The notes beneath the pieces were generated by a model. It ran no database searches. It was not told the DNA's origin and worked only from the letters and a program-made list of their open reading frames with translations. A stretch of 64,000 bases of DNA from Deltaproteobacteria bacterium (GTDB lineage Bacteria > Desulfobacterota > Deferrisomatia > Deferrisomatales > BM512), in NCBI GenBank assembly GCA_002869015.1, contig PKTT01000039.1, positions 11,997 to 75,996 of the forward strand, read 5' to 3'. Position numbers and translations under genes: made by a program. How positions within the stretch are numbered: position 1 is the stretch's first letter; every line of letters starts with the position of its first letter. Of the stretch, positions 38,311 to 47,972 are shown in pieces.

Positions 38311-40139
38311 GGACCTTAGCCGCATTCGCTCTTTTACTTGCAAGCATCCTCTCCTTATGTGGATGCTCTTCAGCACCTCTTAAATCGGATGCGGACTCGA
38401 AAAACATAACGTGGTCAGGGATTGTCGAAGTAAAGGAATCCATAACCTTCCCTAGAGGTACAACTTTAAAGATAAACCCCGGCACAACGGTAAAATTTGC
38501 TACTACGGACATAGACGGCGACGGCCTTGGAGACATATCCCTAACCCTTGAGGAGGGTACTCTCCAGATAGATGGCACACTAGCTTCGCCAGTCACCTTT
38601 ACAACACTTGACAGAGCCCCAAGCCCCGGCGACTGGGGAGAGCTCAGGCTGGACTTTTCACGCCTTGCGGTTAAATATCTGATCCTTGAGGGTGCGACGA
38701 GGGGACTTCATCTACACTTCACATCGGGAGTTGTCGAGGACTCATTGTTCCGCGACAACCTGGATGCAACGAGGATAGGCGAATCGAAGGTAAATTTCGC
38801 CAGGTGCCTTTTTAGCCAGAACTCCGGCAAAGGCTATAATTCGCGCACCTCGGAGAACACGCTTAAGGGTTCGTGGTTCCGCAATAATAGGCGTGGGCTC
38901 TTTCTCTTTGAGGGGGACAAGGGCTCAGACCTCTCCGGGAACCTCTTTAGCGGCAATGATGTCCCACTGCGCCTTGGCGATTTTTACGCGGGAAGGGTCA
39001 GGACAACCGGCAACCAGTGGGAGAAGGACCCCATTCCCACAAGCACTGTCAGCCCTGAAGCGACGTTATCCATAGAACCAGGCGTGGTATTTGAAGCAGG
39101 GCCTCTGGGTTGGCCCCTCCTTAAAGAGGGGTGGAGAGTCGATACCGGGGGTTTCGTCGATGCACTCGCCGGAGGCGAGCTGGGGCTATATTTTCCCTCT
39201 TGGGACGGCACCATAAACAGGGTTGGCCTCTTCGACGGTACAAAGATTGCGGGAACATCAATTGGCGACATTAGCGACTCAGCTCCAGCTCTTGGAAAAT
39301 TAGAGGGTCGCTATTATCTTGCTTTACAGGGGTGGGACCGCTCCATACGCCTTCTGGACGCAATTACCCTTGAGGAGCTTGACTCATTTACCGAGGCCCC
39401 CTCCCCTGCGGATGACCACCGACAGTCCTCCCCTCTATTTATTGCCGGGGACTTAACCGTAGCTACATGGGCTGGCCGGGTATATTCATTTAAAGTGCTG
39501 GATGACAAACTTGTCGAGAATTGGAAGGTCGAAGCATCGGCACCGGTCAGGGCCGACCTGACCTTAATCGAGTCAGCTGATGGAAAAACAATCCTCGTCC
39601 CGCTGGAGTCCGGCACGTTATTGGCATTAAATTATGTCACGGGGATTGAGCGCTGGCGCTTCAATGCCTCTGCCCCACTGATATCAGGGGCTGCGGTGGA
39701 TAGTTCACGGGTTTTTATTGCGGACAAAAATGGCTCGCTATACTCCCTCTCTCTTGAGGGGAAACTCCTTTGGAGCAGAGAGATTCCCGGGGGTGCCTGG
39801 TATGCGCCGCCGCTGATCAATGAGGGCACCATATACCAGGGCAACGATTCGGGCAGCTATTCCGCCTATGACGCGGTCACAGGAGAAGAGCGCTGGCAGG
39901 CTATCCTTGATGGGGGAATTAGGGGTAGCGGCGCTGCAATAAAGAATACCATAGCGGTCGCAACCGCTGGCGGCAGCCTATACCTCATCGACGCAGAGAG
40001 CGGGTTGGTGCGTGACAGGATGAAGTTGGGTGACGCTGTACTCTCCTCTCCCTTGATTATTGGCGAGAGACTTTATGTAGGAACAAGGCCCGGGGCGGTA
40101 CACTCTTTCACGGTTGAAAACGTCAAAAGTGCTTATTAA
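38307..40139 (+). CDS. Lipoprotein: right-handed beta-helix plus PQQ-type (BamB-like) beta-propeller
   Basis: LCGC lipobox, TWSG...TLKINPGTTVKF, DIDGDG, F..N repeats; C-terminal G.L.AL...TG.ERW repeats; ATGA overlap. Confidence 0.78.
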   Translation: MRTLAAFALLLASILSLCGCSSAPLKSDADSKNITWSGIVEVKESITFPRGTTLKINPGTTVKFATTDIDGDGLGDISLTLEEGTLQIDGTLASPVTFTTLDRAPSPGDWGELRLDFSRLAVKYLILEGATRGLHLHFTSGVVEDSLFRDNLDATRIGESKVNFARCLFSQNSGKGYNSRTSENTLKGSWFRNNRRGLFLFEGDKGSDLSGNLFSGNDVPLRLGDFYAGRVRTTGNQWEKDPIPTSTVSPEATLSIEPGVVFEAGPLGWPLLKEGWRVDTGGFVDALAGGELGLYFPSWDGTINRVGLFDGTKIAGTSIGDISDSAPALGKLEGRYYLALQGWDRSIRLLDAITLEELDSFTEAPSPADDHRQSSPLFIAGDLTVATWAGRVYSFKVLDDKLVENWKVEASAPVRADLTLIESADGKTILVPLESGTLLALNYVTGIERWRFNASAPLISGAAVDSSRVFIADKNGSLYSLSLEGKLLWSREIPGGAWYAPPLINEGTIYQGNDSGSYSAYDAVTGEERWQAILDGGIRGSGAAIKNTIAVATAGGSLYLIDAESGLVRDRMKLGDAVLSSPLIIGERLYVGTRPGAVHSFTVENVKSAY

Positions 40140-40169
40140 GGCAGCAAATTCAGATATAGGGAGTATGAA

Positions 40170-40730
40170 GTGAAGAAGAATATTTTTGCCGTTATTGTGG
40201 CGCTACTTATACCGATGGCTGCTCTAAGCTGTGTCGGGAAATCACTTGTGGTTGGGACAGATTCCTCTCCTAAGAGCAAAGTTGTGGCGCAGGTATTAGC
40301 TATCTTGATAAATGAACGGACGGGAACAACCGTACAGATCATAGACCACGAAACCCCAGAGGCGCTTTTTAAGGAGATGCGTGATGGTGACGTGGATATA
40401 GCCCTTCAGTATGCGGGTAGCGCCCTAAAGAGGGATGGCAAGAATGTTGGCAGCGATGCGGCGGCTACATACGAACTGGCTAAGCAGCATTACCAGTCCG
40501 CTTGGAACCTGGCTTGGCTACCCCCACTCGGTTTCACCGAGGAGGGAGATGCAGATTCTCTTGCTGCGCCAGTTGCGCAAAAACATGCTTTAAAAAAATT
40601 CCCCGCACTCCCCAGGCTAATCGCTAAAACCGAGGGAACCCTCACCGGCGCAACAGTAAAAGAGCTTGCAGGAGCAGACTCCATACCTCGTGCCGTACGG
40701 GAATTTCTCAAGAGCAACAAGTTAATTTAA
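40170..40730 (+). CDS. Short OpuAC-like (glycine betaine SBP-like) exported protein
   Basis: Signal + CVGK; LVVGT...VVAQVLAILI.ERTG...GDVDI..QYAG...NLAWLPPLGF; only 186 aa. Confidence 0.65.
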   Translation: MKKNIFAVIVALLIPMAALSCVGKSLVVGTDSSPKSKVVAQVLAILINERTGTTVQIIDHETPEALFKEMRDGDVDIALQYAGSALKRDGKNVGSDAAATYELAKQHYQSAWNLAWLPPLGFTEEGDADSLAAPVAQKHALKKFPALPRLIAKTEGTLTGATVKELAGADSIPRAVREFLKSNKLI

Positions 40731-40749
40731 TCCTCTCTCCCAAGCAAAG

Positions 40750-40783
40750 AAGAGGGCGTCGCGTAAACGGCGCCCTCTTTTTT
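40750..40783 (+). terminator. Intrinsic terminator closing the operon
   Basis: AAGAGGGCGTCG-CGTAAA-CGGCGCCCTCTT-TTTT. Confidence 0.8.
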
Positions 40784-40906
40784 ACTCTATTCTACGTGTA
40801 TTTAAAGGCCGCTGTTGGCACACTTCATAATGTATTTTTTCTATGTAGATATTGACCAATTCGATAAGTACGGTTAAATTGCTAGTACAACCCTACGATA
40901 TACAGG

Positions 40907-41845
40907 ATGAAAATGATGCGAATATTTGACGACAACAGCCAATCCATAGGAAATACCCCCCTTGTTAGGGTCAACAACCTGACTAAAGGACTTAAAGCGA
41001 CCGTGCTGGCAAAGGTCGAAGCTAGAAACCCTGCCTTTTCAGTCAAATGCAGGGTTGGTAGAAATCTGATCCTCGACGCTGAAAAAAAGGGCGTAATTAA
41101 ACCGGGCATGACGATAGTCGAGCCAACAAGCGGCAATACGGGGATAGCTCTTGCCTTTGTTTGCGCGGCGCGTGGGTATAAGCTCGCGCTCACCATGCCG
41201 GAGACAATGAGCGTCGAGCGGCAAAAGCTGCTAAAAGCCTTTGGCGCGGAGCTTATTTTGACTCCTGGCTCAAAGGGCATGGGCGGCGCAATCGCAACCG
41301 CCACGGATATGGCGGCAGAGGACCCCTCCAGATTCTATATGCCTGACCAATTCTCAAACCCCGCAAATCCTGAAATTCACTTTATGACTACCGGACCTGA
41401 GATATTCTCCGATACGGATGGCAAGGTCGATTATTTCGTCTCCGGGGTTGGCACCGGCGGCACAATCACCGGCGTATCCCGCTACCTGAAGGGGGAGAAA
41501 GGTCTTGCCGTGACCTCAATAGCTGTGGAGCCTGAGGCATCTCCTGTGCTGAGCGGCGGCTCTCCGGGCCCCCACAAAATTCAGGGTATAGGCGCCGGCT
41601 TCAAGCCCGCGACACTCGACCTCTCTCAAGTTGACAGGGTATCTACGGTAGCCGATGAGGCGGCCATGGAGACAGCGCGCAGGCTCGCCCGCGAAGAGGG
41701 CATCATCTGCGGCATATCTAGCGGCGCGGCCATGGCGGCAGCGCTGGAGCTTGCAGCAAAAGAGGAGGCTGCGGGCAAGACAATCGTCACGATACTTCCC
41801 GATTCAGGCGAGCGCTACCTCTCCACACAGCTCTTTGAAGTCTGA
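40907..41845 (+). CDS. cysK: Cysteine synthase A
   Basis: [51 protein letters not shown]. Confidence 0.95.
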   Translation: MKMMRIFDDNSQSIGNTPLVRVNNLTKGLKATVLAKVEARNPAFSVKCRVGRNLILDAEKKGVIKPGMTIVEPTSGNTGIALAFVCAARGYKLALTMPETMSVERQKLLKAFGAELILTPGSKGMGGAIATATDMAAEDPSRFYMPDQFSNPANPEIHFMTTGPEIFSDTDGKVDYFVSGVGTGGTITGVSRYLKGEKGLAVTSIAVEPEASPVLSGGSPGPHKIQGIGAGFKPATLDLSQVDRVSTVADEAAMETARRLAREEGIICGISSGAAMAAALELAAKEEAAGKTIVTILPDSGERYLSTQLFEV

Positions 41846-41862
41846 TTAAAAGAACCCAAAAT

Positions 41863-41900
41863 AAAAAAGCCCGCCTCCAATCCCGGAAGCGGGCTTTCTT
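41863..41900. terminator. Bidirectional intrinsic terminator
   Basis: AAAAAAGCCCGCCTCC-AATCCC-GGAAGCGGGCTTT between convergent genes. Confidence 0.75.
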
Positions 41901-41914
41901 TATGCCTTTTTATA

Positions 41915-44695
41915 TCACCTTGCTCTCTTCTTAAAATGGTAGTCGAGAAGGTTGTCGAAGTGGCCCAGAAGCTCAAAGGAGGGCCTCTTGACCGCTACTT
42001 CGCAAAGCTCAATATACCTCTTCACGATAGTCGCGAAGAGCGGAATTGAGGTTCCAATCCGCTTTGACATCGGCAGACGCATGACCCCAAGGGCCACCTC
42101 AAGATGCTCTATACCCCCTGCCAACTCACCTGATATTGCGTATAGCTCAGCTACCTGCCCGTGCGCGGCGGCAAGCTCAAGCGAGTACCCATCTGGGTTG
42201 GCGTCAACGAGTTTTTTAAACTCTGAAATAGCTACTTTGACAGATGCAATCCCCTTCTCAACCAACCCCGCCTCCCCCATAATCCTGCCAAGGTTGGCCA
42301 AAGAAGCTGCATGTCGCTCCAAAAATGCCGCCGGGCGAACGCTAGCAAGCTGCTCATGAATCTCAGAGGAGCGCGAAGCAGCAGAAAGAGCCTTCTCCGG
42401 GGCGAGGTTAAGATCAGTCAGCGCCGCCAGATTGTTGAGGGCAGTGGCGTAGGGCACGGCAAACCTAGTGCGTCCCTCCACAAGTAGGGACTTATAGAGC
42501 GACAGCGAACGATTTGCCACCTTTTCACCCTGCTCACACCTGCCGCTTCTAAGAAGCTCAGCCGCCAGGTTGTTGAGCGCAAGGGCAAGGTCATCCTTCC
42601 ACACATCGGCATTTCGCTGTGAGAGGCGTTCATATATCTCCACCGCTTCCACCGCTGCGGGCACCGCTTTGGACGCCCTGCCAAGCGCCCCATATATCGG
42701 TGTTACGTTGGTTAACGCCGCTGCAAGCTCCGCGTCAAATGCATCCGGATTCTTCTCAGAGAGGCCGCGCAAAAAGCCAATGGCGCGCTCAGCTGGAGCT
42801 AAAGCCTCATCCCACTCTCGCAGTCTGGCGTGGGATATGGCGAGATTATTAAGGGCCTGTGCAAAACCGGGCACATATACCCTGGGGTTGCTGCGCGCCA
42901 GCTTCTCCCACTGCTTCACCCCCTCCTCGGCAGCCTCAAGGGCGCGGCGATAGCTCCCCGCGTGATGTTGATATGCTGCAAGATTTGTCCAAGCGCCAGC
43001 TAGCTCCGCCTCCTCCTGACCACCCTCTTCCTTAGCCAGATCAGTACGGATTTGCACCACCCTTAGCCCCTCTTTAGCGGCATTCACGGCTTTGCCCTGA
43101 ATAGCTTCAAAGGCTGCAAGGTTGTTTAGGCAGTTGGCGAGCCTTCTATAGTTGGAGGGGTCATCCTCGACCAGCTTGCTGTATGCTTCAACCGCGCGCC
43201 GCGCAGTCTCAAGGGCGCCGCTGACGTTTCCAAGCTCAAAGTTGGCTACCGCGAGGCGATTCATCGTATCCGCACGTACTGAAGCATAAGCTGGTGTCTG
43301 AGGTAATTTAAGAACGAGGGTCTCGTGGAGGGCTATCCCAAAGGCGGCGAGGTTTGAGTTTCTAAGTGAGGTCTGGCGGGAAACCCATATAAGCTCGTCG
43401 ACGGGCCGCTCACTTAGCACCATGTCTAGCCAATGCTTTACCAGCTCAAAACCCTTTATGCCGGAGATGTCTCCAGTTGTCCTTATGAGATTGAGCCACA
43501 CCAGCTCCGGGTCCACCCCTATTGCGAGCTCTATGCACTCATCCATCTGGGCTTTGTATTCGGAGAGCACCAGCACTCCGAAAGCGCCATTTATGAGGTC
43601 GTGGATAATCGGAATGTAAAGCTGTCGTCCATCTTCGACGCCGCCACGCCCCGCCGTGGCCTTCAGCCCCATCAAGGTGCCGTCAATAGCGGTCTCGGAG
43701 GCGCCAAGGCTCAGCGCATCTGCCCGCAGGAGATTTATAAAGCCGTCATCTTTGCTGTCACGGGCTCCGCAAAAGGCAAGGTAGGCAACGGCACGCTCAA
43801 CCAAGATGGGGTCGGCCCCCTTTGGGCATAGGCCCCTAACCGCAGCGCGCTCCCTTGAAACTGCCCACTGAAGGAGGTCACCCTGGTCCCAATCGGTGAT
43901 ATTTACCGCAGAGCCCGTCTCACAGGCCCTTATCGCAGCAAGTTGAAGGTATACGGGGTTTCGGTCGGTATTTAAACGAAGGGCCTGCAAGGAATCCCGG
44001 CTTAAGGTGGGAAGCCGTGGGGCCTCCTTCTGGCAGAGGTCAGACCACGCGTCAAGGGTCTCCTGTAGGATTTCGACCATCGTATTATCGGGGTCTTCCC
44101 TGCCGGGAAAGCCAAGCCTTAACGGCATCTCCATCGACGACTGAACGGCTTCCCACTCTGCGCCGCTGAGGCGTTGCAGCATCTCCCCGAACCACCCGGC
44201 TTCAACTGCCGCCCTGCGCTCTATGAGGATTAGCCGCACCCGCTTGCCGCTATTTCGCCCCTCTTCCCTACCCCATTTGGCGAAGTGAACTATGAGGGTC
44301 TCAAGAACATCGGATTTTCGCGCCGCATTGTCGATTATCATCAAGGTGTTCTGAAGAGGTCTGAATGAGGCAAATTCGGGGGATTTAACCCAGGCGTCCA
44401 GGGCATCGCCGGGCACGAAACCTGCGAGCCATCCTTCTGAAGATGCTTTTGCCGCTGCCTCCTGGGTCAATCTGGTCTTGCCCACCCCGCCATTACCAAA
44501 GACAGTAAGCCATCTAAATGGCGCGCCGGAGTTACAGAAGCTGTCAATCCCCTCAAGCTCTGCGCCCCTACCTACAAGGGGGAGGAATGAGGCGGAGGGG
44601 TGCAGGAGGCTTCCCGGCCTCTCGGGGATTATAAGATGTGCGGTATTCGCAAGATATATAGGCGCGTCCATTAGCCCACCCGTATTTGAATTCAT
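41915..44695 (-). CDS. STAND-like P-loop NTPase with C-terminal TPR repeats
   Basis: PLVGR, GNGGVGKTRL (Walker A), LMIIDNA (Walker B), RLILIER; ~8 LA..LNNLA TPR units; start may be ATG 44671. Confidence 0.8.
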   Translation of the reverse strand: MNSNTGGLMDAPIYLANTAHLIIPERPGSLLHPSASFLPLVGRGAELEGIDSFCNSGAPFRWLTVFGNGGVGKTRLTQEAAAKASSEGWLAGFVPGDALDAWVKSPEFASFRPLQNTLMIIDNAARKSDVLETLIVHFAKWGREEGRNSGKRVRLILIERRAAVEAGWFGEMLQRLSGAEWEAVQSSMEMPLRLGFPGREDPDNTMVEILQETLDAWSDLCQKEAPRLPTLSRDSLQALRLNTDRNPVYLQLAAIRACETGSAVNITDWDQGDLLQWAVSRERAAVRGLCPKGADPILVERAVAYLAFCGARDSKDDGFINLLRADALSLGASETAIDGTLMGLKATAGRGGVEDGRQLYIPIIHDLINGAFGVLVLSEYKAQMDECIELAIGVDPELVWLNLIRTTGDISGIKGFELVKHWLDMVLSERPVDELIWVSRQTSLRNSNLAAFGIALHETLVLKLPQTPAYASVRADTMNRLAVANFELGNVSGALETARRAVEAYSKLVEDDPSNYRRLANCLNNLAAFEAIQGKAVNAAKEGLRVVQIRTDLAKEEGGQEEAELAGAWTNLAAYQHHAGSYRRALEAAEEGVKQWEKLARSNPRVYVPGFAQALNNLAISHARLREWDEALAPAERAIGFLRGLSEKNPDAFDAELAAALTNVTPIYGALGRASKAVPAAVEAVEIYERLSQRNADVWKDDLALALNNLAAELLRSGRCEQGEKVANRSLSLYKSLLVEGRTRFAVPYATALNNLAALTDLNLAPEKALSAASRSSEIHEQLASVRPAAFLERHAASLANLGRIMGEAGLVEKGIASVKVAISEFKKLVDANPDGYSLELAAAHGQVAELYAISGELAGGIEHLEVALGVMRLPMSKRIGTSIPLFATIVKRYIELCEVAVKRPSFELLGHFDNLLDYHFKKRAR

Positions 44696-44805
44696 TCAGG
44701 GTCACAGGATACAACACCTGCCGCTCTCTGTCACCGAGAGACGTAAAAAGGGCCGAAACGCAATGCGCCCGGCCCTCTATTTATCGGCATATCATGTGCT
44801 TAAAT

Positions 44806-45369
44806 TTAGCAGCTACATCCACCGCCCGGGTTGCAGCCAGAGGGGCCGCAGGTGCCATCCGTTCCACAATCGGTGCCGCAGCTGGAGCCGCAGGAGGATT
44901 GAGCGGTCATCTGCGCGGTGAGCACGTCGAACTCCTCCTCGGTGAGGTCACGAACATCCATAATCTCCACGTCGAAGTTGAGCTCCTTACCCGCGAGCGG
45001 ATGGTTGAAGTCTGCGACAACCACATCATCCTTAACCTCAACAACGGTAAAGGAGACGGGGCCGTGCGGGCCCTGCGCTGTGAAACCCTGGCCGGGCTCC
45101 AAAGAGAGATCCGCCGGGAAGTTTTCACGGGGCAGATCTCTGTACATTTCATCGGAGGCGGGACCATAGCCCTCTTCAGGGGAGACATTTACAGTCAGCT
45201 TCTCACCGGCAGTGTGGCCCTCTAGAGCATTTTCAAGGCCCGGAATTATCTGGCCGAAGCCGGCGACAAAGGCCAAAGGATCACCACCGCGGGAGGAGTC
45301 TATCTGATCTCCATTATCCAAGGTCAGTGTGTAGTGTATGGTCACATGTTTCTTTGATTCAATCTTCAT
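44806..45369 (-). CDS. slyD: FKBP-type PPIase SlyD with Cys-rich tail
   Basis: VTIHYTL...DSS...QIIPGLE..L.G...PEEGYG...DFNHPLAGKELNFDVEI. Confidence 0.93.
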   Translation of the reverse strand: MKIESKKHVTIHYTLTLDNGDQIDSSRGGDPLAFVAGFGQIIPGLENALEGHTAGEKLTVNVSPEEGYGPASDEMYRDLPRENFPADLSLEPGQGFTAQGPHGPVSFTVVEVKDDVVVADFNHPLAGKELNFDVEIMDVRDLTEEEFDVLTAQMTAQSSCGSSCGTDCGTDGTCGPSGCNPGGGCSC

Positions 45370-45650
45370 CAAATGTCCTTCCATCTATCAAAATTTTCCG
45401 TTCACAAAAAAAAACCGGCCATCCAAGTAGGGTTTGCCGGGCACCTGTTCTTAGAAAAAGATAAGGACGCTTACCGGACAAGTCAATAAATATGGAAAAA
45501 AACTTTTTAGAGAGTGAAATAAGCGGCCGTTAAAATATCTTGACGCATTAAAATACAGACGCGATCAAGCTCCCCTTTCCAGACCGCTTCATGGTATAAA
45601 TGTTGGTCAGGCTTAAAATGTGCCTTTTTTAAATCAAGAGGGATTAGTTA

Positions 45651-46571
45651 ATGTCTTTTGCAAAATCTTTACTTGCGCCCCTTCTACTGATGACAGCGTC
45701 CCTTGTCTATGCTTTTCCCGATAATCTTGACCTACAGCCTCCAGCGAATGCGTCGGCTTTCGGCACATCCCTTACGACGGGTGACTTTAACCAGGATGGC
45801 TTCACTGACCTTGTTGTTGGCGCGCCTGGGACCGGAGGCGGGGCTATATATCTCTTTGCCGGGGGCGAAGCAGGGCTCTCCGACCAGCCTTTCGAGGAGA
45901 TCATCTCTTTCGAAGAAAACGGCGAGCTTGGCGCTAAGGTAATGGCTATAAACTTCAACGGGGATGACTACCTGGACCTCGCCGCGACGGTCAAAGGCGA
46001 GCCATACCTATTCCTTGGGGTCTCGGGAGGAATTGATCCGACGCCAATTACACTCCCTGCAGACCCGTCAGACCCAATATATGTTGAAATTACTCAGACA
46101 GACAGGGTCGCCTTCGACCCAGACGGCGACGAATACATCGACGGTGCTATCGGATACCCAGATGGCGCAGGGCATATTGAAGTACGCTATGCCGATTCGC
46201 CATTCGTTGATGACCCCCCCATTATGTATCCGGCAGAAATTTCGATAGCGCCTGAAACCCCACTGGGCACAATACTGGCGATACTTAAGGGGTTCGATCC
46301 CGAGGGTGAGGAGCTGATCTGGTTTCTTCCTCCCGAAGCTACACACATGGAGACATTCGCCCTTGACCCAAGCACGGGGGAGCTGACCTTACTAAGCAAA
46401 GACTACATAGAGTTCCCAGGGCTTGGAGAAAATACCACCCTGGTCTTCAACGTCTACCTTTACGATGGCAACAACATGGTCCTGAACACTGTGGAGGCGG
46501 ATTTAAAGCATGAAAAGGCAGACGCGGGAGAGTTCATAGGGCCATGTTTTATAAAGGCGCTATTCAACTAG
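45651..46571 (+). CDS. Secreted FG-GAP repeat plus cadherin-like domain protein
   Basis: Signal peptide; FG.SL..GDFNQDGFTDLVVGAP; DPEGE.L....F.LDP.TGEL; ends GPCFIKALFN. Confidence 0.75.
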   Translation: MSFAKSLLAPLLLMTASLVYAFPDNLDLQPPANASAFGTSLTTGDFNQDGFTDLVVGAPGTGGGAIYLFAGGEAGLSDQPFEEIISFEENGELGAKVMAINFNGDDYLDLAATVKGEPYLFLGVSGGIDPTPITLPADPSDPIYVEITQTDRVAFDPDGDEYIDGAIGYPDGAGHIEVRYADSPFVDDPPIMYPAEISIAPETPLGTILAILKGFDPEGEELIWFLPPEATHMETFALDPSTGELTLLSKDYIEFPGLGENTTLVFNVYLYDGNNMVLNTVEADLKHEKADAGEFIGPCFIKALFN

Positions 46572-46625
46572 CCTTAAGGAAGAAAAGTTGCTGCCTGCGC
46601 CATTGATGCTCATTAAAAACCTTCC

Positions 46626-47945
46626 TTAGGCGGTCGAGGTATCTGAAGATGCCTTAATGAAGATCGGTGATACAAGATATATGAGCGCCACGAAAAAGAC
46701 TACCGTCAGCGGCGCTGAGTAGTCCTTCCATTTGACAGCAAAGGCAAGGAGGATGGTAAAGGCGCCCAGCACAAGCACCATAAGAGTTCTGGGTATCTTT
46801 GGCAGGAGCCTTCTTCCGAAGTGTGGATAGGGCACTGAGGAGACCATCAAAAAAGCTGTTATAACCACCAGCGCGCCCTTTAATATCTCATTTGGAATCA
46901 GAAGGCAGGCGGTACCCGTAACAAGGGCCCCACCCGGTGAGGGCATACCGCAAAACCACTCAACCCCTCCCTCAACTCCAGCAGCTCTTTTGCGTATTAT
47001 GAACCTCACCAGCCTGTAGGCAGTAGCAATCAGGTGAAGGGCGCCAAAGAGCACGCCCAAAAGCAAACTGTCAAAGGAGAATGCAACCAGAAGGCCTATG
47101 GTGCCGCCAAAAGATGTGCCGTCAGCAACATCGTCAAAGAGCTCTCCCTTTGGGGTTGAGCCCCACTTCTCTGCGGCACGCCCGTCAAAGAGGTCTAAAA
47201 ACTGCCCTAAAAAGACCAGCGCAAAAGCATAGATAATGTCATACCCAAGGAAGATAAGCACTATCCCCGAAAGTCCGCAAACAAGATTCATTATGCTCAG
47301 TATATTGGCATACCAGTAGTTGGGAATTATCTTGAAGACTACCGAGCAAAATGCGAGGCCTACGCAAAAACCCATAAGCGGGTCAATGATGCGGGCGTGG
47401 GGCATAGGGCCGTAGAGCATATCGACAGTCGTACCCACAATCAGGCAAACTACGAGGAATGTCTTTGCTTTACCGAAAAGGTTTGCCGATTTGTTCTTTA
47501 TGAAGGACCTTGTGAACTGGCCGATGACATCAAAGGCCACGAACGCGGAAACCATCAGCACAGAGAGCTCCCCCAGCCAAGCCAAATAGATTAGCGCAGG
47601 TATATACATCAGCTTGTCTGAGAATGGGTCGAGGCTGGCGCCGCGCTCCGAGGTTAGGCCGCACTTTCTAGCTATATCCCCATCGGTCAGGTCCGTTATC
47701 ATCCAAAAGGCGAACCACCAGATAGCGACCCTGGGATATCCATAATGCAGCAGGAGCACCGAGGCGACACCCATTGGATAGCGGTAACGGGTGATAGCAT
47801 TGGGGTGAAGCCACCAATGGTTTCGGACCCACTCAATCTGCTTGGGTGTATTCAAAAAGAAGGTTACCAGCGACCGTTCGATGGCGAGCATCAAGAAGAC
47901 GGGCCACGCTGCTTCACGAAATATCTTTATATAAAGTTCCATCAA
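46626..47945 (-). CDS. Tandem two-domain CDP-alcohol phosphatidyltransferase
   Basis: Two signatures: DLTDGDIAR-x8-GASLDPFSD and DLFDGRAAE-x7-GELFDDVAD; FCGMPSP in domain 2. Confidence 0.88.
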   Translation of the reverse strand: MMELYIKIFREAAWPVFLMLAIERSLVTFFLNTPKQIEWVRNHWWLHPNAITRYRYPMGVASVLLLHYGYPRVAIWWFAFWMITDLTDGDIARKCGLTSERGASLDPFSDKLMYIPALIYLAWLGELSVLMVSAFVAFDVIGQFTRSFIKNKSANLFGKAKTFLVVCLIVGTTVDMLYGPMPHARIIDPLMGFCVGLAFCSVVFKIIPNYWYANILSIMNLVCGLSGIVLIFLGYDIIYAFALVFLGQFLDLFDGRAAEKWGSTPKGELFDDVADGTSFGGTIGLLVAFSFDSLLLGVLFGALHLIATAYRLVRFIIRKRAAGVEGGVEWFCGMPSPGGALVTGTACLLIPNEILKGALVVITAFLMVSSVPYPHFGRRLLPKIPRTLMVLVLGAFTILLAFAVKWKDYSAPLTVVFFVALIYLVSPIFIKASSDTSTA

Positions 47946-47972
47946 GGTCCTTTTCGTCAGTTTTGGTCGCCC

